Made by a program: the position numbers and the translations under genes. The notes below the pieces were generated by a model. That model ran no database searches. It was not told where the DNA came from and saw nothing but the letters and a program-made list of their open reading frames with translations. From Octopus bimaculoides (taxonomy: Eukaryota): a DNA stretch of 64,000 nucleotides. The stretch is from contig NC_069003.1 of the NCBI RefSeq assembly GCF_001194135.2, forward strand, positions 31,006,614 through 31,070,613, read 5' to 3'. Every line of letters begins with the position of its first letter. Positions within the stretch are counted from its first letter, which is position 1. Below, one piece after another: positions 38,465-52,481 of the stretch.

Positions 38465-39336
38465 TCTGCATAATGTGTGTGTGTGTGTGTGTGTGTGTGT
38501 ATGAGTGAGTGTGTGTTTATGTCTCCTTCGCTTCACATTGCATGACAGTTGTAAACGAATGGCACTGTCATACAAGCAGTGTCATTCATTTCCGATATTC
38601 TGTGAGAGCATGTCTAACTTATTGGTCGAGTGGTAGCTACCTCATCGACACCCGAAAGATGAAAAGCAAAAATGGCTAAGTTGATGTCAGCAAAATTTGT
38701 ACTCAGAATGTAGAGACGGACAAAATGCAACTAAGCATTTTGCTTGGCATGCCATCGATTCTGCCAGCTCAAATATTAATGACATTAATAATATTTCTAA
38801 TAATAAAAATAACAATTGCAATTATAATGGTAATAATAATATAAAAAAAAAAAACAAGAATTAAAATGAAAAACAGAAACAAAATTTCTTCTGGTATTAA
38901 TTCAAGCACTAATTCACTCGACTCAAAACATAAGCTTAAATAGTTTTAATAATCTTCTTTGTAATTGTAGAGTAGGATAAAATTATCCATTAAAAGAATA
39001 TTGTCAGCATAAAAATACAGTCTATAAATGTAACATTAAAACTCATAATTTTAGTTTCTCTAAAATTTATATTGGATTTACTGGAAATTTTTGGAAAAAA
39101 AATGTATGCGATTTGCACTGTCATCACTCTTTTAATAGAAAATTTAAAAATTCAAATTCTCTTGCTAAATACGTTCTTAATTTGAAATAGGAGTGTATAA
39201 AATATAGCTTGGAATGTTCTATTCTAAATGCACAAGGTAGTACCAGGGCGAGTCAAAGGTTTGTCATTTATGTACATCAGAAGCACTGGAAATCATAAAA
39301 GATGATCCATGTTCTCTACTCAATATGAAACATGAG

Positions 39337-39390
<54 letters not shown>

Positions 39391-40134
39391 GTTATTAACT
39401 ACCAACATTTAGATGCGTTTATCTTTTCTAATTATCATAAAGGAAGACATAGAAATTGTTTTACTATTCACAAACAGAAAGATAATAACATAAATAATAA
39501 TAATAATAATAATAAGATAAAGAAATTTGAAAAGGAAAAGTATACAGTAACAGGTTAACTTGCTTACATGATTTTATATATGTTATGTTTTCCCTATATA
39601 AGTAATTAATTTCTCATTTTAACTTATGTAATCTTTCATTCTAATTTATTTCATCTGTTTCATCTTAAATGTCATATTTTATTTTATTTTCTTCGTTAAT
39701 ATTTTTAATATCATTATTAATTGCATTGAAAATACATTCATCTTCATCTGAATATCTTCCTACGTATGTCAGTGTAAATATGCTTGCATTCATGTATATG
39801 TTGTCTATGCATATGGATGTGTTATATNNNNNNNNNNNNNNNNNNNNNNNNNNNNNNNNNNNNNNNNNNNNNNNNNNNNNNNNNNNNNNNNNNNNNNNNN
39901 NNNNNNNNNNNNNNNNNNNNNNNNNNNNNNNNNNNNNNNNNNNNNNNNNNNNNNNNNNNNNNNNNNNNNNNNNNNNNNNNNNNNNNNNNNNNNNNNNNNN
40001 NNNNNNNNNNNNNNNNNNNNNNNNNNNNNNNNNNNNNNNNNNNNNNNNNNNNNNNNNNNNNNNNNNNNNNNNNNNNNNNNNNNNNNNNNNNNNNNNNNNN
40101 NNNNNNNNNNNNNNNNNNNNNNNNNNNNNNNNNN

Positions 40135-40178
<44 letters not shown>

Positions 40179-40660
40179 GTTTGTATGTATGTATGAATGT
40201 ATATATATATATATATATGTGTGTGCGTGTGTGTATGTATATGCCTATGTGTACTTGAATACGTTCATACTGATATGCATGTGTGAGCATACACATATAT
40301 ATGTGCGTGTATCTTCCTTCATGTTTGTTTTTCTTTCTGTATTCAGGAAGTATATATTCCTGTGCCAACCTGGGTTCATTTTCTATCCATCCATCTATCT
40401 CCATACATCTTCATCGACATCTAAGCATTCATACGTAAGACATAAGATCCACCGGGGGGAGGGGGGGCCCACCCCCACCACTCCCCAGCCTCCTCATTTG
40501 CCGTCTTTGTATCTCATTTGAATATCTTGTATCTTCTTTTATTTTGCGATGTCCTTTTGTGCTAACCTTTGTCTCTTCACTGCTCCTCTTCTGCCATACA
40601 ACACTAAATAATGTTTTGTTTGCTGAAATTTACTCCATTATGAACATTGTAGCTGTTTAT

Positions 40661-40705
<45 letters not shown>

Positions 40706-41999
40706 TTCTTTCTTTCTTTTTCTCAATGTCTCCCTCTCTCTCTTTTCAGTTTCTCTCTCTCACTCTCTCCTTCTCAGCCTTTCTCTCTTACCCTCTCTCT
40801 CTTTCTCAGTTTCTCTCTGTTACTTTCTCTCTCAGTCTCTCTCTCACTCTCTTTTTCTCAATCTCTCTCTCTCTTTTCCTCAGTCTCTCCCTCTCTCTTT
40901 CTCTTCTCAGTCTCGAACTCTTTTACTCTCTCTCTCTTTCTCACTTTCTCTCTGTTACTTTCTCTCTGTTACTTTCTCTCTCAGTCTCTCCTTCATTCAC
41001 TCTCACTGTCTCTCTCTATCTCTCTTTCTTAGTGTCTCTCTTTCCTCTTTAACTATATCTATACCTTTTACTGTCTTTTCCTTTCATTTCAGTATGTGTG
41101 TATGTGTGTGTGTGTGTTTGTGTGTGTGTATGTATGTATGTATGTATGTATGCATGAATGTATGTATGTATGTATGCATGAATGTATGTATGTATGTATG
41201 TATGTATGTATGTATGTATGTATGTATGTATGTATGTGCGTGTGTGTGTATGTATGTATGTATGTATGTATGTAAGTATGTATGTATGTATGTCATTATC
41301 CTGTTTTATTTCAAGATTTCTTGCCAGTAGAGAAAGAGACCATTTCTAACCTAGTTCCAAGACTCCTTCATTGGCATTTCAATAACATCAACAGGATATT
41401 TTTGTATCTATGTATGTATATGTGTAGATTTGTATATTTTGTTTAATGTACGTATTCTCATGCCTATAGTTGCATATCTAGACATGCTTATATATATATA
41501 TTTAAATGATAAACATCTGGAGAGTTTAACAGATTTTTACAGTTCCAGTCATGGCTTGGATCTGCAGTCATTGAATCAGCTTTCTCCTTTCTGGTTTTGA
41601 GAAGCCTAATTTCTCAAGACTAGTATTTAGGCAGTGTGTGTGTGTGTGAGTGTGTGCATGAATGTATGAATGTGTTTGTGTATGTATGTATGTATGTATG
41701 TATGTATGGCTGAATGCATGCATGTATGTTTCTTTGAGATTAATTTTAATTGCTTTTTTTTTTGCTTTTGTAGATTCCAAGCGAGTCACTAACAAAGTGG
41801 CAAATCTCTTTCACTTAAATTGAGTCAGCTCTTGGGTTTGCGGTTACCAGAATTGGTTGATGCATGCACACAGAGGTTTAATCACTGGCTACAGATTAAC
41901 TGCTTGGATATGAGTTAAAGCTGCCACTGCTACTTTGTAGACCTGAGAGTAAACAATGGCACAAAATATGATATGGATAAATGCAGGACATATACATAC

Positions 42000-42058
42000 C
42001 TCATCAAAATTGGCTGTTTCTGATGCATTTTCAATAACTTTGGAATAATGGCAGACAC
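42000..42058 (-). CDS. OTOF: Otoferlin exon-2 equivalent (C2A), 59 nt, phase 1 to 0: (G)VCHYSKVIENASETANFDE
   Basis: Acceptor ctttgtgattacag|GT, donor GAG|gtatgt. Resembles human QSFYSRVLENCEDVADFDE (recalled), same length. Confidence 0.9.
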
Positions 42059-42123
42059 CTGTAATCACAAAGAAAGCAATTATAAATCATATGAACTGAC
42101 AACATTTCTGGAAGGAACTAACT

Positions 42124-42167
<44 letters not shown>

Positions 42168-42397
42168 CACATATCTGTTGCCTCAATAAACTTGACATAT
42201 CTCAATAAAAAATAGTTTCAAACATGATATTCCTCAATAAAAAATAGAAACTCTGCCAGATCAGATTGGAACTGATCTGGCAGAGTTTCTACAGCTGGAT
42301 GCCCTTCCTAATGCCAATCACTCCAAGAGTGTAGTGGGTGCTTTTACGTGCCACCAGCACGAGGGCTAGTCAGGCAGTACTGGCAACGGCCACACGA

Positions 42398-43040
42398 CAC
42401 AGATGTTCCTGACTAGTTCGGCTATGTTACTGGTGAACACATGCTGATGTTAACTATCTTAGCCATTTTACTAGTGAATGCACGTTAACTATTTTAATTG
42501 ATGAACTCACACAGATCTTGTTAACTAACTTAACCATTTTACAAGTGATCATACAAAGATGCTGTTAACTATCTCAGCCAATCTACAGGTGAACATACAC
42601 AGAGATACTGTTAACTATCTCAATCAGTTTACTGGTAGGTCTGGCTGTGTGGTGAGAAGCTTGCTTCCCAACCACGTGGCTCTGGGTTCAGTCTTACTGC
42701 ATGGCACATTGGGCAAGTGTCTTCTGCTATAACCTTGGGCCGACCAAAGCCTTGTGAGTGGATTTGGTAGATGGAAACTGATGTGTCTTTGTGTCTGTGT
42801 TTGTCCCCACGACCATCATTTGATAGCTGATGTTGGTGTATTTACGTCCTTGTAACTTGGTGGTTCAGCATAAGAGACCGATAGAATAAGTACTAGATTT
42901 ATAAAGAATAAATCCTGGGGCCGATTTCTTTGACTAGAACCTTTAATGGAAGTGCTCCAACATGGCCATAGTCAACTGACTAAATTGAGTAAAAAGAATT
43001 TTAAAAAACAATACACATGCTGTTAACTATCTCAGCCATT
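42398..43040 (+). repeat. Diverged minisatellite, 35-46-nt unit with core GTTAACTA, six copies, split by SINE-A
   Basis: Cores at about 42449, 42484, 42520, 42564, 42610 and 43023. Confidence 0.7.
42635..42998 (+). mobile_element. SINE family A inserted into a diverged minisatellite
   Basis: Head tggctgtgtggtgagaagcttgcttcccaacc, tail gtgctccaacatggccatagtc; flanked by gttaactatctc units. Confidence 0.83.
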
Positions 43041-43722
43041 TCATTCATCCACAACCTAATCTACACACCATTCTCTCAATCTCCTTCTCATTCTGAGATA
43101 AAGGCAATACAAGGGCCCAAATTGTTAAAATCTTCATTCTTTCTTTACTGCAATAGAACTTTAAAAAATCTCTTCAGTTGACAATCTCTTACCAACACAA
43201 ACCATCACAAGTTACTTTGGATCTTGAATTCTTCTCTATCAACCAAACCACAGCCTGAGGATAATGTAATTTTTCTTTATGTGCATCTGCTTTTGATGGA
43301 ATGCGACAAAGTATGATGATACAGTATAGAACGTTGCGGTGCACTATATAAACGTAGTCAAGTGCCGTCCATAGCTTGGAGTGGCTCAAATAAATTTTGT
43401 GCATCAAACTGAAATGCTAATTTATATCCCAAGGCTAAATCTGGTTCCAATACTTTAAAGTGTCGGTCTGAATATTTCATTTGTTCTTTAGAAAAGAATT
43501 TTTCTTCTAGTATCACACAAGTACAGGAAATTACCTGGCAATGGTTGCTACTGCTATTACTATGGTATGGTATGATACCTAATGAGATGGAAGCAATGCT
43601 ATGCTGCTCTCTAAAAAACTCTTTTGGATTACAGCCGTTCCATGTACACTTGCCCAACGTGCCACGCAGTGGGACGGAACCCAGAACCATGTGGACAATA
43701 AGCAAGCTTCTTACTACACAGC

Positions 43723-43804
<82 letters not shown>

Positions 43805-44128
43805 TATATATACACACATACATATATGTGCATACATATATACATTCAAACATATACATATACATATTCATATATATATATATTTATATTCATGTATATA
43901 TGTATATATACTTTTATACTCTAGTCACAAGGCCTGGAATTCTGGAAGAGGGGGCCAGTCAATTAGATCGACACCAGTATGCAACTGGTACTTAATTTAT
44001 TGACCCCCTCCCCCACCGAAAGGATGAATAGCAAAGTCGACCTCAACGTAATTTGAACTTAGAATGTATATATATATATATATATGTATGTATATATATA
44101 CACACACACATACATGTATATGTGTATC

Positions 44129-44169
<41 letters not shown>

Positions 44170-44845
44170 ATCTGTAGAAGTAGCTATTTATATTCGTGGC
44201 TATAATATCTATTATTTCCATACAGGCCTTTATTTAACAGCTATTAAGTTCGTGTAAGTATAAAAACAAACATAGAGCACAATAAATTCTTTTTTTTTTC
44301 CATCATTTTATATCAAAATAAGAATATAAAGAAAGTGTTATAAGCGAGAGGTTTTTAACCATCTCAGTCAACTCATTTTATACGATTACAGCCAAATAAA
44401 TGGCATACTGACATATTGTGGTGCTAACAATATGCAGATACATGAATAACCACTTTGAGTTCCCAATTATAGTCATGTATCTATTAACAAGAGATATATA
44501 TCTCATGTGCTTCAGAATTATAATTCTGGCAAATAGCAGGAGAAAGGAAAACTCTTGGAACTAAAGATTCATAGCCAAGTTGTGTATTAATAGCATTAAA
44601 TTCTGTAAACTTTTGTGGTGGACATTCTAATAAAAGGAAATTATAGCAGAGGTATCTGCGAGCCATTTCTGTGCCAATATTCACCAAATATAATAATAGG
44701 ATGAATTATGAGGTGGACTGTCAATTGGTGCGTTCTAAGTTTGGACACAATATGGTGAAACACCAGAAATATTTATTAACAAATATAAATACAAACATAC
44801 GAACGCACATATACTACATACATACATACATATATATATATATAC

Positions 44846-44896
<51 letters not shown>

Positions 44897-45162
44897 NNNN
44901 NNNNNNNNNNNNNNNNNNNNNNNNNNNNNNNNNNNNNNNNNNNNNNNNNNNNNNNNNNNNNNNNNNNNNNNNNNNNNNNNNNNNNNNNNNNNNNNNNNNN
45001 NNNNNNNNNNNNNNNNNNNNNNNNNNNNNNNNNNNNNNNNNNNNNNNNNNNNNNNNNNNNNNNNNNNNNNNNNNNNNNNNNNNNNNNNNNNNNNNNNNNN
45101 NNNNNNNNNNNNNNNNNNNNNNNNNNNNNNNNNNNNNNNNNNNNNNNNNNNNNNNNNNNNNN

Positions 45163-45195
<33 letters not shown>

Positions 45196-45222
45196 TAAAT
45201 ATGTATACATACATACATATAT

Positions 45223-45514
45223 TATAACAGCCTTGGGCTGACCAAAGCCTTTTGAGTGGACTTGGTGGATGGAAACTGAAAGAAGCCCATTGTATATATA
45301 TATATGTGTGTATATTTCTGTATGTATGTTTGTGATTTTGTCCATCATCACTTAGAAACTGATGTTAGTGTGTTTACGTCCCTGTAACTTAGCAGTTTGG
45401 CAAAAGAGACCAACAGAATGAGTACTTGGTTTACAAAGAATAAGTCCTGGTGTCGATTTGTTCTATTAAAGGCGGTGCTCTAGCATGGCCACAGTCAAAT
45501 GACTGAAACAAGTA
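45223..45514 (+). mobile_element. SINE family A, 5'-truncated
   Basis: gctgaccaaagcc...ggcggtgctctagcatggccacagtcaaatgactgaaacaagta. Confidence 0.8.
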
Positions 45515-46673
45515 TTATTTATGCTGCCAGAGTTCTGAAGTGTCCATTTCTGGTTTTTAGAGTGTTAACCAAAGTAGACTCTCTTATTCTGCTATAGTCT
45601 ATATATTTTCTATATCAACACTATCAATTTCTTCCAGCCTGATTTAACAGTATTCTACTCAAAAACATTCCCCTTGAGTGCAAGATCATGGGTTTGGTTC
45701 CGAGACCAGGTAGCATTGAGTTCTTGAGCAAAAACATTCCATCTCACGTTGCTCTGCAACCACTTCAACCACAAATGCACAAAACACCATCCACCTCCCC
45801 AGCTAATGTCGATTTAATGGAGGGAACAAGCCTAAGTATAACACAAACATTTGATCTTTATAAAGAAATCACCAGTACAGGTTGTTTGGCAAGAAATTGC
45901 GGAACGGTCATTCTCAGACTTTCAAGACTACCGTCAAATATGTATGTTGTATGTGTGTACAAATGTATGTGTTTATGTTATGTATGTGTGCATGCAGAAG
46001 AAGGAACAGAGAGAAAAAGCGGGACAGAGACAGAAAGAGAGAAAGTTGTACAAAAACCTGGCAGTTATGTATATGTGTGTATATCAGTGTGTAAGTGTGT
46101 ATGCATAATTATATGTACATGTGTGTGTGTTATGGATATATGTAAGTATGTATGTATACTATTAGGTGTGGCTGGCTAAAAAGTTAGGAATGGTTAGCAA
46201 TTATGGCTTCAGTGGTTGTATGATGAATAGAAGGGTTTCAGAAGATATTAATACACTGATCGATAAGTTAATACTTGAAGCCAGAGAAAGTTAAGTAGTT
46301 TAAGCATAGGAGAGAAGAACAGATGCATTCCTAAATTGTCTTGGATTCTGAAATTGCACAAACTACCATATACAAGTAAATTTATAGGCTGGTACAAGAC
46401 ATAGTAAAAAGAGACAGGTTGCAGACTTAATAAATGCTGCATTGAATGGTTGTTCAAAAGTTTGTAGGTGCTGGTGTGGCTATGTGATAAGAAGTTTGCT
46501 TCTAAACCATGTGGCTCTGGGTTCAGTCCCACTGTGTGGTACTTTAAGGCAAGTGTCTTATACTGCAGCTCTGGGTCAAACAAAGCTTTGTAAGTGGATT
46601 TGGTAGAAAGAAGCCCCATCACAAACATGTATAACATGTGTGCATATATGTGGGTATATATATATATATATAT

Positions 46674-46967
46674 AGCTGAACATTAGAAGCATCAGTTGTG
46701 GCGTGCAAGAGAGACGATTGCGCTGGTATGGACATGTGGTGAGAATGGATGAGGATAGCTGCGTGAAAAAGTGCCACACCCTAACAGTTGAGGTAGGCCC
46801 AGGAAGACCTGGGCTGAGGTGGTGAGGCAAGACCTTCGTACACTGGGCCTCACCGAGGCGATGACTACTGACCGAGACCTTTGGAAATGTGCTGTGCATG
46901 AGAAGACCCGGCAAGCCAAGTAAGATCGTTGCCAGTGCCCCTGGACTGGTTCTTGTGCGGGTGGCAC
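46674..46967 (+). mobile_element. 5'-truncated RTE-clade LINE fragment with an internal frameshifting deletion, running into a gap
   Basis: LNIRSISCGVQERRLRWYGHVVRMDEDSCVKKCHTLTV / GRPRKTWAEVVRQDLRTLGLTEAMTTDRDLWKCAVHEKTRQAK*. Differs at 2 of 92 nt from 21364-21455. Confidence 0.9.
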
Positions 46968-47769
46968 NNNNNNNNNNNNNNNNNNNNNNNNNNNNNNNNN
47001 NNNNNNNNNNNNNNNNNNNNNNNNNNNNNNNNNNNNNNNNNNNNNNNNNNNNNNNNNNNNNNNNNNNNNNNNNNNNNNNNNNNNNNNNNNNNNNNNNNNN
47101 NNNNNNNNNNNNNNNNNNNNNNNNNNNNNNNNNNNNNNNNNNNNNNNNNNNNNNNNNNNNNNNNNNNNNNNNNNNNNNNNNNNNNNNNNNNNNNNNNNNN
47201 NNNNNNNGCTGGTGTGGCTATGTGATAAGAAGTTTGCTTCTAAACCATGTGGCTCTGGGTTCAGTCCCACTGTGTGGTACTTTAAGGCAAGTGTCTTATA
47301 CTGCAGCTCTGGGTCAAACAAAGCTTTGTAAGTGGATTTGGTAGAAAGAAGCCCCATCACAAACATGTATAACATGTGTGCATATATGTGGGTATATATA
47401 TATATATATATAGCTAGATAGATAGATAGACAGACAGATATATGTATATATCACTAGCTAACTAGAGATAGATAGATAGCTACTTAGATAGGTAGGTAGG
47501 TAGGTAGATAGATAGATAGATAGACAGACATACAGATTGATAGATAGAAATGAGTGGTGAACACAGGTATATAGCAGAATGGCAGGATAGCAATGATGCC
47601 AATTGGTACAGGGAGAACAGGAGAGAGAGAGATGAAAAACCGGCATTGGGCTGAGGGAGCAGTTTTGAGGGGAGACAAGCATAGTGCATGAAGAGATGTT
47701 GTAAATTTAGCTTAGTGTTTTAGAAGCAAACAGAAGTGGCTATAATGAATAAAAAAAGGAATTATTTAG

Positions 47770-48170
47770 AGACCTTGTCAGGTCAGGAATCTCATCACAG
47801 ACTGATGTGACCTGGTACTGACACCATGTAAACCAGTACTACCTGTTCCATGGTCAAGTGGTCAGTGACTAAACCAGCTCCCCCACTTGAGTAGCTTGCA
47901 ACTCTCGTGATGAGAGTATCTGGACACCCAGCAGGACTAAAACAAAAAGACCTCTCAAGGGATGGATGAGTTCTTTGTGGTCCAATGGTCATCCAGTTGA
48001 GGAAGGCAATGGCAAACCTCCTCAATATCTCTGCCAAGAAAACACTATGAGAAAGTCAGAATGATGTAACGCTATGGGTTCATCCGATGGGAGAACTTGG
48101 GCTTAATCAAAACTTTCACCGTAGTGTCTTTCAATACACTGTAAAAGCATACAACGACGATGATGATAAT
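47770..48170 (+). mobile_element. Diverged retroposon carrying a BovA/RTE-5'-UTR-like motif
   Basis: gaggaaggcaatggcaaacctcctcaatatctctgccaagaaaac resembles the recalled BovB/RTE-linked motif GAGAAGGCAATGGCA.CCCACTCCAGTATTCTTGCC; ends in a short (gat)n. Confidence 0.5.
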
Positions 48171-49361
48171 ACAGAACAGCATTAGTCAATAATGAATGTT
48201 TATAATAAAACTAATGACTTTAAATTTAAAGTGGAAATGTCACCTTATATTTTCAACCGTATTCCAGTATAGTTTACGAAACAGTAATAAAGTACAAAAA
48301 AAAAAATTATATATTTATAGCTGGAGTGAATAATTAGACAAGGGCAGAATAGTAAATTGATAATTAACTACTTTAATTGTTGCTTAGATATGCTTAGTGG
48401 TATGATGAAGAAGTATGGTGTTATTTCAAGCTTGCAATTGAATCGTGAATTGAAGTTTGGCAGAAATGGAAAATAAATGGATTTTATGGAGAAGAATATG
48501 GAGTTGGGGTGGAGATATAGTTTATTGGAATTTTTAACAATATCATTTCTCCTATTTAAGTATAGTTAGCCCTTTAACTGCTACAGTAAATTCCATGGTT
48601 ATTCCAGTCATGATGTTAAATATCTACCAAAACGTAGAACTGGTATTTTCTGCAAGTCAGATAGCTTCAATAAATTTGCCATGTCTTAAGAGAAAATAGT
48701 TCCAAACGTGACATTCCTCAACAAAAGAATAGAATGATGTATTAAACTGCTTTCTGCAGTTAAGGGTAATGGAATTTTGATTGGGTGTATCTGATTTCCT
48801 GAATAATTGGCTTAAAATAGAAGTTGGGGACATGGGATAATGTGGTCCTGAATCCAGTGTGTCTGGAAAATAAGTAAGACAGTCGTGGTTGGATTGTCTT
48901 TGATCACAGGTTTTGCAAGATCCTTTAGCCCATTCACTACAAAATTAAATTTCATTTTTACTCGGTTGGCAACATGGAATCCTAACATATAATTGCCAAC
49001 CAAGTGTGGCATCCTATATTTATATACATAAATACATACATACATATATATATATATAGGCGCAGGAGTGGCCGTGTGGTAAGNNNNNNNNNNNNNNNNN
49101 NNNNNNNNNNNNNNNNNNNNNNNNNNNNNNNNNNNNNNNNNNNNNNNNNNNNNNNNNNNNNNNNNNNNNNNNNNNNNNNNNNNNNNNNNNNNNNNNNNNN
49201 NNNNNNNNNNNNNNNNNNNNNNNNNNNNNNNNNNNNNNNNNNNNNNNNNNNNNNNNNNNNNNNNNNNNNNNNNNNNNNNNNNNNNNNNNNNNNNNNNNNN
49301 NNNNNNNNNNNNNNNNNNNNNNNNNNNNNNNNNNNNNNNNNNNNNNNNNNNNNNNNNNNNN

Positions 49362-49900
49362 TACGGGGACGTAAACACACCACCATCGGTTGTCAAGCGA
49401 TGTTGGGGGGACAAACACAGACACGCAAACATATATATATATATATATACATATATACGACAGGCTTCTTTCAGTTTCCGTCTACCAAATCCACTCACAA
49501 GGCTTTGGTCGGCCCGAGGCTATAGTAGAAGACACTTGCCCAAGGTGCCACGCAGTGGGAATGAACCCGGAACCATGTGGCTGGTAAGCAAGCTAGTTAC
49601 CACACAGCCACTCCTGCTATATATATATTTATATACATACATATATATATATATAGGCGCAGGAGTGGCCGTGTGGTAAGTAGCCTGTTTACCAACCACA
49701 TGGTTCCGGGTTCAGTCCCACTGCATGGCACCTTGGCCAAGTGCCTTTTACTATAGTCTCAGGCTGNNNNNNNNNNCTTGGCCAAGTGCCTTTTACTATA
49801 GTCTCAGGCTGACCAAAGCCTTGTGAGTGGATTTGGTAGACGGAAACTGAAAGAAGCCTGTCATATATATATGCATATATATATATATGTATCTGTGTGT
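49362..49900. mobile_element. Divergent head-to-head SINE-A pair: 49362-49617(-) and 49656-about 49900(+)
   Basis: Both low-divergence heads; 41-nt TA-rich spacer. Confidence 0.87.
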
Positions 49901-50640
49901 ATATGTTTTGTCTGGTACTGCATCAATTATTATTATTATTATTATTGAGTGAGAGGCACCAGTCTGCTTTGGCAAGGTTTCTATGGTTGGATGCCCTTCC
50001 TAATGCCAACCACTTTACAGAGCCTACTGGATGCTTTTATGTGGCACTGCATGGGTGCTTTTACTTGTCACCACTCTTATGAAATGCCACTAAGCATTTT
50101 GCTTGGCATGCTAATGGTTCTGCTAGTACACTGCCTTCAGTGAGACATGAATACTGGAGGATAGAAGTAGATATTAGTAGATGCATATCAATAGATAGAT
50201 TGATTGAGAGATATTGATAGATGGATGGATGGATGGATGGATGGATGAATGGATGGGTGGACAGACAGACAGACGGATAGATAGATACATACATAGATGG
50301 ATGGATGGATGGGTAAATAGATAGATAGATAAGTAGATAGAGAGAGGGGAGCAGGGATAGAGATGGAGGTAAAGAGATTGATTGTTAGGTAGATAGATAA
50401 AGTACTAGATATTGACAAATAGATCCTGAGAAATAGATATTTGTTTATGTGTGTGTTTATTTGTTATTGTGTATATGTGTTTGTGTGTATGTGTGTGTGT
50501 GCAACCCTCTTCAGAAAGCAATCAACAGATCACAATAATAGGTTAAAAGACTGTTACAATTAATCAAATATTAAGGATGCGTCTTAATTATTCACAAGCA
50601 AAGACGAACACTCCCAAGCTACAACACACACACACATGCA

Positions 50641-50677
<37 letters not shown>

Positions 50678-50919
50678 GTGTGTGTGCGTGTATATCTATA
50701 TATATATAGATATATACACAGCGATGTGGATATGTGTATCTCTGAACATGTGCATGTGGTATAAGTAAACAAATAAAACACATTTTTTACCGTAAACATC
50801 ATCTATCTTGTCATTTCCTGATGGAACATTTAACATGAAATATCATCACCCCCAGTCGAGTGTATTGTTTACAACAGAAAATGACAATAATTACAGTAAA
50901 ATTTAAAAAAAAAAAAAAA

Positions 50920-50920
50920 A

Positions 50921-50959
<39 letters not shown>

Positions 50960-51201
50960 TATTATTATTATTATGATAATTCTTTTCTACTCTAGGCACA
51001 AGGCCTGAAATTTTGGGAGAGGTGGGGGCCAGTCGATTAGATCAATCCCAGTATGCAACTGGTACTTAATTTATCGACCCCGAAAGGATGAAAGGCAAAG
51101 TCAACCTAAGCAGAATTTGAACTCAGAATGTAAAAACAGATGAAATGCCACTAAGCATTTTGCCCAGTGAGCTAATGTTTCTGCCAGCTAGCTGCCTTCC
51201 C

Positions 51202-51279
<78 letters not shown>

Positions 51280-51490
51280 CAATGACAATAATAATGCTTT
51301 CTACTGTAGGACAAGGCCTGAAATTTTGGATAAGAGGATAATGGATTACTCAACTGGTACTTATTTTATCAACCCTGAGAAGATGAAAGGCAAAGTTGCC
51401 CTCAGCGGAATTTGAACTCAGAACATAAGGACAGACGAAATACTGCTAAGCATTTTGCCTGGTGTCCTAGCAATTCTGCCAGCTTACTGC
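50920..51490 (-). mobile_element. Two tandem SINE-B copies (about 50978-51197 and 51292-51490), each with a long (TAA)n tract
   Basis: Family-B core and ends in reverse complement. Confidence 0.82.
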
Positions 51491-52391
51491 TTTAGTAGTA
51501 GTAGTAGTAGTAATACACACACACTCACACAAACACATATCTGTCTATATACATACATACAGGCATACATGCATATATTTATCTGTCTATATACATACAT
51601 TTATATGTACACACTCTAATACAATAAACAGTTGCTTATATTGAAAAATACTCCAACATATATATGCATATAAGTGTGTATATATACATACACACTTATA
51701 TATATATATGTATGTATGAATATATGAATATATATATACATATATACATGTAGATAGATAAATAGATAGATAGAGAGAGAGAGAGAGACAGACAGAGAGA
51801 CAGACAGATAGATAAATAGAAAAGTAGATAGATACATACATACAAACATACATAGATAGACAAACAGACACACACACATATATACACATGTACATATATT
51901 TACACACCTTTGTGCGTACAGGCACACACATATTATATCACGTAAAGTTACAGTTAAACAGTTTCACTTTAAAGCTTCCTCAGACTACAAAGATGAAATA
52001 CCTATGCAGCACTCATGATAAATTCTCCTCTCTTTTATTCCATTAAACCAAAGATTTCATTGCACTAGCTGAACAATTAAGCTTACCTATTCTAAGAAAT
52101 ATAACATATTTCTTCTTTTACAGTCCAATCGTCCTTTAAGATGAAATTGATAACTTTCATTTGCCAGTATATAAACTATATTTGTCTACATTCCCCATTG
52201 ATTTCTATATCTGTTGTTTAATCACAGCAGAACATATGAATAAATTTACCTGTCTGTCTTTCTGCCTGTCTGTCAGTCTGTCTATCCATCTGTCTGTCTG
52301 TCTGTCTGTCTGTCTATCAGTCTATCTATCTATCATTCTGTCTATCTATGTATCTATCATTTTATCTATCTATCTATGAATGTGTCTGTGC

Positions 52392-52481
<90 letters not shown>

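Noticed and set aside
42398-43040. CRISPR-like repeat-spacer pattern (also 52490-52660)
   Set aside because: Eukaryotic context, diverged units, non-unique spacers and no cas genes. These are a minisatellite and tandemised RTE-tail motifs.
43193-43254. Candidate exon 1 (…SRSKVTCDG…, loosely like RIAKVTFRG)
   Set aside because: The donor falls in the wrong phase for exon 2, there is no start context, and similarity is weak.
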